Positions 48,663 to 63,591 of a stretch of 64,000 nt of DNA are shown here, piece after piece. The translations under genes were made by a program, and so were the position numbers. This DNA comes from Saccostrea cucullata. Lineage: Eukaryota. The notes below the pieces were generated by a model. That model was given only the letters and a program-made list of their open reading frames with translations. It did no database searches and was not told the DNA's origin. The DNA lies in NCBI RefSeq assembly GCF_032062105.1, contig NW_026940736.1:868001-932000 (forward strand). The letters run 5' to 3'. Numbering within the stretch: position 1 is the stretch's first letter; every line of letters starts with the position of its first letter.

Positions 48663-51600
48663 TGTGAACAGTGCAATACAAGGACCGCTGTGGATAAGAA
48701 AATAACATCTCTGCACATAAAGAATGAATGTATTGATATAAATAAACCAGGGAAATGCACTTTGATGATGAATAATAATTATGATGGCAAAAGACTTTAC
48801 ATTCATTTACATGCTTTAAATGTTTTTTTTATAATAATAATTTTTGAAAATTATTAAAATAAGTTTGATTATTTTTTTCATAAAATACTTTCAGCTTTTG
48901 AATAAGGAAGATGATAAGAATGGTGATGAAGATGATGATGATAGCTTGTTTGGACCAAGGAAGCTATTATGCTTTGGCATAGATTATTTTAAGGCATAGC
49001 AAATGCATAATGCCAATTTTAGAGGTATTGGACATTGAAAAAATAGACTTAATCTCTCTCTCTCTACTTATTCCAAGACCAAGACCAATCTAGATAGTCA
49101 ACTTTTTCTGAAATTTCACAATTTGGTGACTTTTTATGATAACTTTCATCTACTTGACAAAAAAAAAAAGAAACATCTATGGCAGAATTACAAAAAATAT
49201 GGAAAAAATGTGATAATTTGGTGCTTTTCCAACAATTTTCCATAGGGTCTAATAGTAAAATTTGACTTTTCCAACAATTTCCCATAGGGTCTAATAGTAA
49301 AATTTGACAACTTTTGAGATGGACTCCTAAGAAATCGGAATGTAAACATTCGATATTTTACTCTTAAAACAATAAATTAATATAACAGTAAAAATTAATT
49401 AACTAAAAATTATCAAAATACTTAGGGAAGAAATAATAAGACTCAGCCTCGTTAAGAAAGAACATTTTTCTCACAAAAATAAAATTCATAACAGAAAAAT
49501 ATGTAGAAAAGCATCAATGATTAGATCCTTTGTAAAATCTTCCATGCAGTAATGAGGCAAATCTGGATTGGATCGACATGTACTAGTATGACAAATAAAG
49601 TTCTGTTTAAAAATTATCAGACATTTTGAAGACCAATCTATATTTCAATTGATATGTGTGCATCAACTCTATTGTTGACTACAGGAAGAATAGATAAATT
49701 GACTGCAAATATTTTCTAAGCAAAGATGGAAAGACTAAAATATCTTTATAAACATGAAGGAAATACAATTACATAAATTCAATAGGTCCAAGGGCCTTTA
49801 CAATCATTTGAGTATAATACAAAATATAATGGATCCAAAGAAGTTTAACATAAACTGACAGATGAATCTATGAAGCCCAAACCAAGAGGAAAAGGTTGAC
49901 AAGGGCTCAGCAATATAATGAGTCAGGAGAGCTGAAGGATCATGAACACATCAAATAAACACGGACAGGTCCTCATGCAAGGAAATAAAACCTTTTCCAT
50001 AGGAACTAGCAAGAGTTGCAGCAAACTCTTCTCTTAAATAATAGTTACTACATTCTCTTATTTAAGATCTTTAGAGTTTTCCAACAAAACAGCTTAAAAA
50101 AATACATAATAAAAACATGTTCATATATTTTTATTGTAATGGTACAAGATTCAAATAACATATATTGTATCCATCTCATTAAGAAATCTGCCAACAGTAA
50201 TTATATGTATTATAAAAACAAAATTCAAGGGAAGTAACCAGGTTACAACCTAATGTCAGAATTTTAAGTTGACTACTCAATAAAATTCAGTATTAAAGAT
50301 AATATATTTACGTTTTGCCTCAACAAAATCCAGTGATTAAAGATAAGTTTTTTATGTTTTGCAGGCATGTATTGGTAGCAATTGGTTTCTAGTTATTTTT
50401 GCTATTCCCTAATCACAACCACATTTAAGTCAATGCATTCATAACATTTGTAGAAAAAAAAATCAAGAACAATCAGTTCAAAGATTATGTACATGAACTT
50501 TTAAATTCAATGGTCTTCTAGATATAAAAGCTGGAATTTCTGTAGATAATTTCATAAATTTGAATTTCACTCCTAAAGAAAAATGATATGACAATATTGC
50601 AAGGAAAGGAAGGGGAGACAATTTATATCATAATAAGGGCAGTAACTCTTGCTGAGGTAATATTTGGAATTTATGAGATTTTCCAGGTGGTCTCTGAACA
50701 GATCAGAAAGAATCACAAGTGCAATATTTGAGATTGTTTAACCATTTTTGAAATATTTTCATGCTAAGCACAATCCCCCCTTCCAAAGATCATCCTTGAT
50801 TAAACAATTTTCAGAGAAAACAGCAAAATGCACTTTTTCTTTAAAAACAAAAACAAGATTTCGGCCATAATGAAGAATTGCCAGTATTTCTAGACTACTT
50901 CCAACAAGCCTCAATTGAAAAATAAATACCTTTTTTTCATGTAGCATAAACAATACTTGCAAAATTCTTTGGCACATTAACTCCTGTGAGTATTAACAAT
51001 ATTTGCAATAAATGGTAGTCTTATCCCCATTTAATATCTATATAAATTGTACAATTCAGAAAAAAAAAAAAGATTCAAAGTGAACAAGGCATAAGTTATG
51101 GTTGTGTGGACAAAACAATGTGTAGATCACAGGCAAAATTAAACTAAAATTTTGTTTCAATTAAGTCAGTCTGTCCTCTTTAAACAACTAATTGCATGAA
51201 AGAATGAGATTAAACCATCTCTTTTAACAAATAGATCATTATTTCATAAATACTATTCATAAGTCCCTATTTTCATTTGACTGAAAACAACAAAAAGATT
51301 GCTCTTATTTGTTGAAAGAAATCTACAGTAAAACTTTTTGTTCCCTTGGATATTAAGTTTACAAAAACAGAAATTTCTTTGTTTAAAATAAATTTGTCAA
51401 AAATGATTCTAACTTGTATGTTTCTAAGGGAAATCCTGCAATTTATTAAAACCATGAAAATATTTTAAGAATGGAGAATACATTTATGCATGTCTTGAAA
51501 AATAAATATGATAGGTTACACAGTATTTTTACAAGTACCTTTACAATAACCCAAAAATCTCCAGTGACATTCATCCAAATCTAAAATTCTTTAAAACTAA

Positions 51601-51716
51601 ACCATATAGTATCAATAAATTCTTTAATCTGGTAATAAATGTAAGAAAATATTTTTTTTGTGGAAATGTTTACAAATATATTCAACAAATATTCAGAACA
51701 GATTATCTCCATTTTA

Positions 51717-54700
51717 CTATGACACACTTTCTTGTGTTGAGCACTCTTGAGAAGTCACAGTGCGTTCGTTATTGGGATTGTTTAACTCCCCGTTAGGTAA
51801 ACTTGAGGAGAGTCCATTGCCTGAGTCACTATTTATCCCCGCCTTTGCACCGGTCCCGTTACTTTGTAAAGGATTTGATAAAGCACCATTTTCTGAGTGA
51901 CCTAACTCTGTATCACAGTCATTGTTGAACTCTGAACTTTGAACTTTGCTGGGAGAACAGATTGGGGACAAAGTTTCGATGCACTGATCTGTCCCCGAGA
52001 TTTGTCCATTCTTCGAGAGTTCCTCTAGGGACTTTGTAGTGCTTTTCTCGGGGGATGAACTGTCAAAAAGGGATGAAGTTAAGACACTGACTGGGGACTT
52101 GCCTTCGATGATGTCGGACAATGTTCGGTTTAAGGTGTCGGGATTTTCTAAGTCTTCGTCATTTTCATCGTCACTTTCACTCAAAGAACCATTGCGATAT
52201 GGTGGTCTTGATACTGAGGAATTATGGGATAGCCTCAGCTGGAGTACCTGGAGGAAAAAAAATACAAAAATAATTAAGTTTAATTTGCTAAGAACAAGAA
52301 TCTTTCAAAGAAGAACCGTTTTCTTTAGATTAACCTGTCAAGAAGTTACTTATTGTTGCTTTAAATAAAATCTTTAAAATGTTAACACTAATTTTCAAGG
52401 AAGTGTTGGTAGAAAAACAATCCATGCATGTTGTAAAGTTAAAGTAAGACAATGCTTGATAATAAAAGAAAATGTGTACTAAAACCGAAACTTGAGAAAT
52501 TTAAATCAATTTATTTTTTGAGAAAATAAGAAAGAACCACAGTGAATAGACATATAAATCAAATTTGAACTATGGATTTATATTCATGGTTATATAATAC
52601 AATATAAAGGATAATACATGTATATATATCTGAAGCCACAGATTACATTTACATGGGTAATGTTAAACTGTTTTTCAGGGTTTATTGAGGAAAGTATTAG
52701 GTACATGAAGGGATGAAACATTTGAAAGGTAACACTGTTTATGGCTCTTTTTTAACTTTACCATATTAGAAACCTACAAGTTCACTGTAGAAAATAGAAC
52801 AAGCAATGAACAAAATACCAATACTGTGTACCAATTTTGACTCCCTTTTTATCCATCAAAGCTGATTAATATATACTAAAGCTGAACAAGAGAGACATAA
52901 ATGCAGTGTGATCAAACAGGAATTTTAAAGACAGTTTCACTAAAGCCAAAGCAAAATATTTCACACATACAACAGCCAAACTGTCTCATAAAAGTAAGAC
53001 AATTTTTAGAGGATTCATCTCCCTTATATATTGAACCTGAAATTGGTTGTCTAACATTCACTATAGCTCTGTAACAACCTGTAGTCTTTAGCTTGAAAGA
53101 GTTTTATGGTCTGTTTAACAAAACTCAAAAGAATAATATAACAATCAAAGATTAGAAACATGATAAACAATTGCTCTTAAAAAAAAAAAAACACACACAC
53201 CGAAAACAAACAAACAAAATTTAAAACAAACTAATAAAATCAATTGGAAAATGCATGCAAAATTCCCAACTATTTCTAAATAAAATTGAATTAGTAAAAC
53301 ATTCACAAACTTCAGTTAAAATGTTACATATCAAACCTCCATTTTCATCTTTAAGCCTTAAACGGAAAATATTTTAACCCAATTTAACTTAAATAAACCG
53401 TTTTGAAGCAGGATGACATTAAATGCAGTACAGAAAGGTCAAAGGTGAAAAGGTTAGGACACCCACACACTAGGGTCACTGAGTGCAGAAGAGCCACATG
53501 CATCAATCAGACATACTTCATCTTGTAGATCATAGATTCGATTGGCCAAGTCCTGGCTTCCATCTTTCGCATCCAATCGATCAGCCGTGAGAAGTTCCTC
53601 CTTCTGCAAATTTTATTTCATTTGAAAATTAAGATTTTGGGTAACCACAGAAATACATTCAAATGAAATTTTGTGATCGCAATAAGTTGAAAAGACCGCT
53701 ATATCTGCCTTTAAATAAGATCATCATAACATATTATGTAGTGTATAGTACCTGGATTTCAAGTTCCGCTATCTTTCGCTTGAGTTCTGCCAAAGTCTGG
53801 TCTTGCTCAGCCTCTCTGATTTTGGTCATCACAGACTCTTCTTTTCTCTACAAGACAATGAAGACATGTATGCTTTCTCATTTAATGTTTCTTATCAATC
53901 GCATTTTGTATATGTCAAATAATTTTATTTATGTACCACATCTATCTGATTATGCACCTGAGATGGAATTGTGACAAGTCAAACCTTAATATTCTAATCT
54001 ATCACAATCTTTTGCACATTTCTTGATATCAAATACGAAATTTAAACCAAACCATAATGCCAAGAAACATAATGTATGAATTTAAACCAAATCCTAATGC
54101 TGACAATAATCACATATTTTTACCTGTGCCTCTAAGTTGTCCATTTTCCTACACATTTCTTTGATCTGGTTCCTGAGGTCCTTCTCCTGAGCCTCCTGTA
54201 GTTCTATCTGAGACTTCAGTGACTTGTTCTCCTCGTCCATTCTCCGGATCTGATTCGTGCAGATATGGTTCTGAAAAAAAGGATAAAATAATACAACCAA
54301 TCAAATTATTCGAATTTAATATGTACATTAATTTTGTTTAGGATACCAATCACTCTTAATCATATGGAATAAGTTTTTGATAAATTTCATCTCTTATTAA
54401 GACAAAAATTTTTCCTCTCATATCTATTATCCATGTAAGTTTCTTCTCTGTATTCTTTGCTCTTTGGTCTCTCAGACCTATTTTTATTACTCTTTTCCTA
54501 CCTGTGTTTCAAATTCCATGACTTTCTGCTTGGCCTCCTTCAGTTCTGATAAGCTCGCTGCCTCCCGAATTTTGACAGACATCACTTCCTCCTGAAGTTG
54601 CCGAATCTCGTGCTTGTTACTATTTTTATCTTTTGGGGAGGACGGGTCCTGATTGGACTTGATGAGGTAATCCTGAAACACCACATTGAAAATGCGTAAA

Positions 54701-56995
54701 AAACAAATTCTAGATTGGTTCTTCTCAAATTTCCTTTATTTAAAATTTTGCATAAGTCAAATAAATCATGAAAAACGTGATATAAAGTAGCTGTAATTAC
54801 CATTAAAACTGGAAACAAATAAGGTAGGGGTATAAATTGTTTTGATTTATCAAGATAAATAATTAAAAGAGATGAGTTACCTCCCATTGTGACTCTAGAT
54901 CGTAGACTTTGTGTTTCATTTCCTTCAGAGAGAGATTAGCCTCGGCCTCCCTCAGTTTGACTGCTATAAGTTCCTCTTGTAGATGTTGGACATCATTGCT
55001 GGGAGCCTTCTGTAGCTGTATGTTTGTCTACAAAATAAAATATATGTCAACATTCGATCATGATGCATATCGACTTAACAATGTGGTTTTGTACAGTGCA
55101 TCTTCTTAGTCATTTTACAGTACCTAATGCCTTCTTTTTTTCCTTGCTAAAGATCCCATCAAAGTAAGAAATACAGTGAAACACACTCATATTATAATGA
55201 AATGCCAAGGATAGACGATTTTGCTTTGTTATAAACATAATTCATTATATCCTTTATGCTTAGAATATATTCTAAATTATATCATGGGTAATAAAAATCC
55301 CTTTGCTGTAAGCATCAATTCCTTATAAGCGTGTTCGCTATCAAATGTTAAAGATACAATTTTTAAAATATCTTTTTTTATGTAAACATGTAGATCACAC
55401 TTACATCCTCTAATTCTTTGATTTTAGTTCGGAGCTCCTTGACCAGTGACTCTGTGTCCGCGTCCTTCAGTCGTAGAGCGATGACCTCTTCCTGAAGATG
55501 AGTGATCACGTTCTGAGCCTCATCTTCATCTAACGAGGAGGCTGAGGTGATACTGCTGGTCTGAAAGGAAAGGTGCATGTTTTATAATTATGTACATAGA
55601 GAAATGTTTACCAATATCACGTTAATTTTTTCATCCACTGTATCAAATTACATTATTTATATCTGAAATACTGTTTGATGGGTTTTACACACACCAACAA
55701 TTACCAAAGTTAGTAACTGTTTATTGTCCATTTACTTCCCATATAATGTAGAGAGAATATAGAAAGACACAACAATCATAGGTTTAAAAGTCCCTGTGTT
55801 TGAATGTAAAAATTTCTACCAAATAAATACTTTGACTTTTATAATCTGAATTGAAATTCGAAGTACCTTACAATTTTTAAATGATTTTACAAAATGATCA
55901 TGATATCAAGTAATTGCAATGTGCAAGGAATAATGCATAAAAGATTGAGAAGGAAACTATTGCACAGATATTGATTTTTCTTAGATATATGCAATATTCA
56001 CCTCCAGATGTAAATATATAAACATACAGTATGTAGGACTGTCGTGCAAGACATTCTGAATACAGTGCAACAGGACAATTAAGATATATACTTGTATTAT
56101 AAGACTTACAACTAAATTCATCTTCAACAGAATGAAAAAGGTTATGATGTTAATGTCTATTAAATAAATATTTCTTGAAAGTATCATACTCATAATATCA
56201 TATCTTTACACTGAAATTCCATTTAACATGAAGATGCGTTAACTTGATTGATGCAAAAAAAAATATAAATATATTTTGTTTACACTAGTAAGGATGCACG
56301 TTACACAGAATTTTCACTAATCAGTACTAACCCTATCCTTGATATCCCCTATAAGTGTATTGGCCTCCTCGAGTTTCCGTGACGTATCTAGGAGCTTCTG
56401 TTTGGTTGTGGACAGATTATTTTTCAGGGCGTACGTTTCTTCAGCTTCCTGTGCTCTGGTTACTTGGTACTGAATTAGTCTATCAGCTAACGAGGCCGAT
56501 TCCTGTCCAAATCAAGTTGTCAGTTCTCAATAGTTTTTTTTATGATATAAGTAATAGGATCAATATTTGCGATCAGTGCATATGAGAACAATATTTTTAG
56601 AGCTTGAATATGAACATGAATGCAAATACATCTTTTCCATTAAATCAATCTGTAATGTGAAAAGTTCCATTTTTCAAATAAATTTTCCAGCTCTCACCTT
56701 TTCTAGGGCATCAATTCGTTGACGAAGAAGTCTATTTTCTGTTCTTAATCTCTGAAAAATAGACAACATTTTACAAATTAAATGTATGTGTCCACACTTA
56801 CATGACTAGAATCAATAAATTATGCACTAGCCTTCATATTGAATGTTAGAGATTGCATAGATAGCCCCTAATCTTTATATTTGAAATTTTAAAAAATCTT
56901 TGTATTCACAAACAGAGATTCTAATTTTTTTTACCCTTAATTCTATCTGGTCTTCATTCTCTTTGCTTTTCAGTGCTGTGTATTCTTTCTCTATT
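51717..56995 (-). CDS. EVI5: EVI5 / EVI5-like Rab-GAP, C-terminal coiled-coil half (TBC domain outside the window); exons 56935-56995, 56698-56751, 56332-56502, 55405-55560, 54881-55027, 54502-54672, 54124-54270, 53752-53847, 53517-53603, 51717-52247
   Basis: Spliced translation IEKEYTALKSKENEDQIELR-RLRTENRLLRQRIDALEK-ESASLADRLIQYQVTRAQEAEE...LQEELIAVKLREAEA matches the EVI5 coiled coil; all introns GT-AG and in phase. Confidence 0.92.
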
Positions 56996-59768
56996 CTGAA
57001 AAGAGAAAATGATACAAGGGAAATAAATTATAATTAATTGAATACTCATTTTTCATAATTTAAAGACATTTTTTTCTTGAGTAAGATCACCATTACTTGT
57101 TTCCATTTAATATACATGTAATCACTGGGTACAACAGTTTAATTTTACAAGAAAGTTATATGATACAGCATAAATACAACTTGGACTTGCATTAAGAATT
57201 ATGACATTAGAAATTTCAAAATCTTCAAACTCCATTCTACTAGAATTGACAAGGACATATATATTCATTTTTGTAGAACATATTTTTTTCTTCAAATTAT
57301 TTTTGGGTTCACTAAGTATGACCTGTGTTATATCATACTGAAACAGAATCTGACAGCTGTGTTAACCTAGTTTTTTTGTTTTTAGGAGGTTGGAAAAGTG
57401 ACATAAGCAAACCACATTTGCACACCTTTCACCTAAAGGGCATACCAAGTACACAAAACACATTTGTAACCTGTATATTTCTTTCTTATGTAGCCTAATT
57501 TATTTGATGTTAATAGGGAACACAAAGAGAGAAAGTCAACTGTTTTCCCTCCCACCTTTTTATTCAGTAGATGTGTTATAAAATACAGATGGTTTATGAA
57601 ATACAGATGATCTTCTGATATGACCATTGCAAACCTCCCTCCCCCCCAAAAAAAAAAAAAATAATCATAATTATAAGAGGCACTTGAATTTTCATCAAGT
57701 CTTGTAATAAAATAGATCAAAGAAGTTGAAACAAAGTTTAACTGATGATTAACAAGTTCTTTCCATCTGTAAACAGATATACTAGTACATGTAATATGCT
57801 TTGTCAGAGGACTAAAGATAAATCAATGCGTAAAACGAATATAAAATAGACGATATTTCACATGAGAAACTGACATTTATCTTGAATCTATATAATATAA
57901 ATTATAAATCAAACATCCCTCGTAATATTTTTAAATTGCTTGTTTAAAAACTTAGTTGATCAATACATGTATGCACTTTCATAGTGGCACTGCAAGCTGT
58001 AAGATAAGTCAATTGGTCTGATCTTGTCATCATCTCAAATTACCTATAGGCTGTCGCAGGTATGCAAAGATCACCTAGATTAAATTCGCTCCTGTTCGAA
58101 AAAAAGTAAAGAAGCTACCAAAACATTTTGACAAGTCAGGTAAATTGTTGTAACATGAGCATGACAAATAGACAACAAGTAATCCATATTCGCAAATAGC
58201 TTCTCCCTCTTTTTTTAATGTCCCATAAATATCTAGTATCAAAACCTGTTTTTTAATACACAGATATCACCATTGTGAGACATGAAAATGAACATCTTCC
58301 TACAGTTTGTATCCTTCTTATTTTGTATGTTAATTAAGTCTTAATTATTACTTCCTTATAAGAATTTAATGATCCAAACATCTCAAAGGGTACCTTTTTC
58401 GAGTAATAAGGAGCAACATAAAATACTATATAGGTATATTGTAAACCAATTACCGGGGGTATTAATGTAATATTTCCTATCACTAAATTGCCAAAAGCTA
58501 TTCTTCCACTAATAATATTGGAGGTTTCCTGTTTCATTTATCTTTCATCAAGTCTTCATGAGTCTTGGACATATTAATACACTGTAACTATTTCATGGCC
58601 ATAGGCACTCGGCACACTGTAGAGCTTGGTATATCTGGGTTGTTTGTGAATGTTCCTCCTTTAAATTAGCATTATAAGTACCAAACAATATAGTGCACTA
58701 GTTTCTTATTCTATACCCCATATAACAACTTTTTTTTTTTTTTGAAATGTGATGCTTCACAAATTTCCATAATGTATTCATATATGCTTTACATAAAAAT
58801 AACATTACAAATCAGAAAACCACAAAACATTTAGGTCAAACTTTTGAAATTTAATAGAAAAGAAAGAAATATTTTTCATTCTTTTCAAAATCTGCTGAAA
58901 GGGCATGGTGATTTATTAATCTCTTATAAGACGAAGGATAATAAAATATTCCTGCAGGCTTTATGAACTGTGAATATCGAATATAAATGCTTGTAAGATA
59001 TTGTCTGCATCCAGGGTAGTGTTGACATTTTAAGCTGGTAACGATTGGTTGATAATCAAACAATGAAGAAAAAATTCGACCCCACAGCACAAAAACCAGT
59101 GTCAATTAAATGTCTCCTTCTTCAGTTTATCTTCATTTCTCTATCTCCCTCAGGGCATATGGCACAGACAGCACACACGCAGGAGATGGAAACAAAAAGA
59201 TGAACCCCGGCATTAAAGAGAGCTTTAATGGGTGATTAATCAACAAAAGAGATTCTGTCCACTTCACCTGCGATGTATGCTGGACCTTTAACAACAGAGA
59301 CCAGCGCCTGAAAGGCCAATTCCCCATAATGCCCTGATAACATAGAGATACTGGCCATTTTCGTATTCCAGCCTTTACAATGTACCCATTAGAGACCTTC
59401 TAAAATTCCCAATTAACCTTGAACTTTTTAAAAATAAATATTTTTAGTTTCTTTCATTTTTTTTTTAGAAACACTATATAAATACTGTTTTTTTATTCAA
59501 TATTTATTGTGGAATTTAATTTCACCAAATCAGGTATGATCTAATCAACTGTTATATTGTCTGCATTCTCCAAAACAAAGTTTACAAGAGGAATATGCCA
59601 ATTCTAATCATCGTTAGAGAACTCAGATTATTTAAAATGCAAAATTTTACATCAAAAACTCACACAGAAGTCACATCAAAACAACTGGACTCTCTGAACT
59701 TATAATGAGATACAAATGTATGAAGAATTCTCGTTAGTTCCATCTTTTTAATTAATTAATACACTTAC

Positions 59769-59827
59769 CCAGATTCTGAAAAACAGCTGTTTCCATAGTC
59801 GTCATCTCCATAATCCACAAAATCCAT
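59769..59827 (-). other. Candidate alternative first coding exon of EVI5 (MDFVDYGDDDYGNSCFSES-G)
   Basis: ATG plus 59 nt ending in a GTAAGT donor, phase 2, compatible with the acceptor at 56995. Confidence 0.4.
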
Positions 59828-62800
59828 TGAAAAGTCTTACATAGTGTAGAGGCTGCAGCCATTGGTCATACTAAACCACTGGTGCAACTCTACCCAGTCA
59901 TTATACCCACAACGAAATTAAAACTGCTGCATGTATAACATGCATATATATAGTCACCAGGCTATATAATACTGTCTATTGCATTACAGTTCACAGTTTC
60001 ACATGCGCAAATAAAATCACATTTTTTGGCAAAATTTGTGGAATAAATCACTTCATTAATTTCCTTCTGAAACAAGAAAGACCTTATTGATTAGGTGTTC
60101 CATAAAATTCGAAAAATTCCACCGAAATAAGTCTGGACCTTCCCAGCTGGTGTCAACGGACAATTTACACCTTACACTTCCTCAAAACAGAGCCTGAATG
60201 TAGGACCTTTAACACCACGTAACCACCCATCTATGACCTTAATGGTGTGACAAAATAAGATGTTCCATTATCATACAATGTGCTCAAATTACACACCATT
60301 CATTCTCAAAACATCGTGATCCCTTGAAATAAATGTGAAACTTTTCTCTCTCCCCAGGTAAAAATTGACTCCTTTGCCAACTTAAACAATGAATTATTCA
60401 ATGTTGTGTCACCCCTGAAACCCTATGTAACTAAGCTCATATTGAAACTTTGTTAATAATGTCAAGAGTTTAAGTAACCCCTCGTAAAATTTGGAAAAAA
60501 TTTCAATTCACACAACACCTGGTTTTCCTCTCTTTCAAATATTTAGCTTTGAGCTAATATCCCTCCAAATTTAAAAATTTCCTTGTAAATTAAAGAACCA
60601 TATTGGGTAAACTTTAACTCTAAGCTGTTTATACAAAATCCAAGTGGATAAAAAAAAGTTTACCTGCATGTACACATGAACTAGGTACAATACAATGATG
60701 CATAACACAGATTATATGAACACATGATTAAAATTCCAACAGCCCCTAAAGACCAATTGTTTACATAAACTTTCTATTCAATGCTTTAAAAGAGATGCTG
60801 GTCAAATTACATGTAGGCTGCACGTTTTGACTACTGGATATAATAAAATCAACTAGAAATATCACGTATGTACAGTCAATCCTTTTGTCACAGTAATCCA
60901 AAGTTTAAAAAAAATATTATCACCCAAATTCTAAAAATGACAACATTTGCTATAATACCATCCTAAATCCAACATTTTATACAAACCAAGAGAAAAAAAT
61001 CACAGATCACTTTATGTACTTTTCACATCGTAAGTTGCCATGAGACATCAAAGGAACAAAAAAATTTTAACTGACTTGTACGAGGTCATGAAAGGTCGGG
61101 GCAAAGCAAGCTAGGGTACTCATTTGTTATTCTAAGTGAATGTGCCTTTTTTCCTGAGGGGGTAAAACAATACATGAATTATTAATTCTGCTGCGTATAT
61201 CTGTGCACACTTATTCCTGAGGCTACATTTTTCTTTTTAATTGTAGAAAATGTGTGTATTTAACCAGCAAACATTTCAAACTGTTTTTAGTTATCTTTAC
61301 AAACCGAATCTTGACATGGTGTGTTTGTATTCATTTTAAGGAAATATTATAATAAGGACCTGTATAGATCAGTATAAGAGAAATTCTTCCTTATTTGAAG
61401 TTACTCTCTGACTCTTCAGGGATCCTTGCCCACAGAGTATTAAATAAGAGAATTAACAAGTTTACCAATACCAGGAAATTGCTTGTCTAATACTCTTAAA
61501 TTGAACTTGTATCAAAGGTATAAAAATCTGAGAGGTTAAGTTTGTTTGTGAAAATCAAATAATATCTCACAGTTCCTATTATGTATGACCCTGAAAATCT
61601 TTGAAAAAAATGAATGTCTCCCAAATTATGTCAAGTGATTTTTTTTCATTTCAAAATATTATTAATACACAATCAATAATTACTTTAACATAGGAATTAT
61701 GACTCATATATGAGGAAAATCGCTTTAAAATTAAAAAAGTTTTGAAAGAATCCTTTCAAACTCATTTCACAGATGTTACTAAATAATTAAGCTTGGACAC
61801 ACATATATTTATTTTTTGATACTATTAAATGCAATACATTTCAAAATTACACTGGGGAAGAGGAGGTTGTTCTTATACTAAGCATATTAAAAGCATAGAC
61901 ATTTTTACAACAGCTGTGTCAAGATATCCAATAAGAGATAGAGATACAATATCTATCTTGCAGAGGAGATAGGGTCTTTTCTTACTATGACACATGGTTG
62001 ACAATAAATGAAATCTATATCCTTAGGCATTGAACTAATAGAACGTTTCATCAGCTGCTCATATCAAAATATAATGGAAATCTAGCATCTTAAGATACAG
62101 GCATACAGCAATCGATTCATTTGCCTATACACAATTTATACAGGTCACATTTTCATTACAGTTCAAAAACAAAACTGTTGAAATGATTATGAAAAAAAGT
62201 TACTCAAAATGAGGAATTCTTTAAGTTTACATATTTTCAAGCATCTGTAACATTTCTCAAAATCATAGTTGTCTGATTTACTTCCAAGACAAAACACCCA
62301 CATAACCACACCATATAACAACCTGACAAATCTTGTAAAAAATGAATGAAGATTTCAACCATTAGGAGAGACTGACTCAGAAACTGCCGAACTATTTCCA
62401 ATATGCCAAATATTGATTGTGACACACACATACACTAATGCAGATGAACCCAGTAGAAAATTGCACTGAAGAGGGAAAAAAATCAACATTCCATCAGGTT
62501 ATATTCCTTTCACAGAATCAAATCTGTTGCAATTAAAATACAAAAGACACAATAATAGCTTGACATTCTTAGGCTATAAATATCACTTGAGAAACAATCA
62601 AATACCGCATATAAATTAAACAATATTAACATGAACAAACTGTGAAGTAAAAACTCCATAATTTCTCAAGTTGAAATTAACGAAATCATAACTGGAAAAA
62701 GAAAATCACATTATCTATACATCAATTCAAACCACAGATCAGAAAATTGGTCGTAAATCCTCACAGATTCCTTTACAAAACATCCATCCATTTAAATCGT

Positions 62801-63569
62801 CATCAAAGGCATGCAAAGATGAAATTTATAAAGAGAAAACGCAGGGTTCTGAATCAGAAGAGAGGCTCAAGAAGGAGACATTGACGTGTCAACGCAACAC
62901 CGACCACCTGTCAAACAGAGTGACCCACAATACCAATATGTCCAGGTAGAATTTTATGGTAAATAAATAAAGAGTAATCCCTGAAAACAAACAAGGCATT
63001 GTTACTTTCCACTGGAATCCTATCAGGCCCAATTGTCTGTTTAATCAAGCTAAAACTAAGGGAGATAACTTTTCAATAAATATGGTTAACTTTCGCCCCG
63101 AGTTTTCTGAGGCCCCCGTAGGATACTTTGTTTAAATAGCCATTTCCTTGGAATATATACTTAAAATGTAATGAAAATATTAGGTGTATCATTCCCAAAG
63201 CTTATCTTTAAAAGTCCCAGAATATCAATTTATCATTCTCCTTTGTAATTCTACCTGAAGATGAATTCAGAAGAGTTTGGGTGGAATAAATTACATGCTT
63301 TACAAAGTGTTAAATTCCACATCCCTTCATTGAATTCCATGTCATCCTTTTGTATACATAGAGAACACATAATTGCATTTCTGAAATAACATTCACACAA
63401 GGATTTTAACAGCTTGAAGACAATTTGAGGACTATAAAATTAGATCAGGTTATTCAAACCTTTAAATCACAGATTCTACATCTCAATATTTCTCAGGAAT
63501 TAATAATTTCAAAATAAATAAATTATTCTGTGTCATTTCTTATGGTTCATAACACATCATATGCTGTAT

Positions 63570-63591
63570 GAGAGAGAGAGAGAGAGAGAGA
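63570..63591. repeat. (GA)n microsatellite
   Basis: About 11 GA units. Confidence 0.9.

Larger units (their letters stand above)
45231..48993 (+). pseudogene. Degenerate copy C of the novel gene family (3' part), dominated by tandem-repeat expansions
   Basis: 69-bp units resemble coding exon 6 of A/B (EENKTNNRSFGKTLTKDEANFLLE); exon homologue at 48895-48993 (LLNKEDDKNGDEDDDDSLFGPRKLLCFGIDYFK); 3'UTR homologue ~49460-49880; stops at 45827-45829 and 47818-47820, frameshifts and a MITE insertion. Confidence 0.7.

Noticed and set aside
45567-48806. Many overlapping ORFs (RRKWMINQIS, LLDIWFIIHF, SSTSSLISGL repeats)
   Set aside because: Alternative frames and strands of the 69- and 30-bp minisatellites; only the E/K/D-rich plus frame relates to genes A and B.
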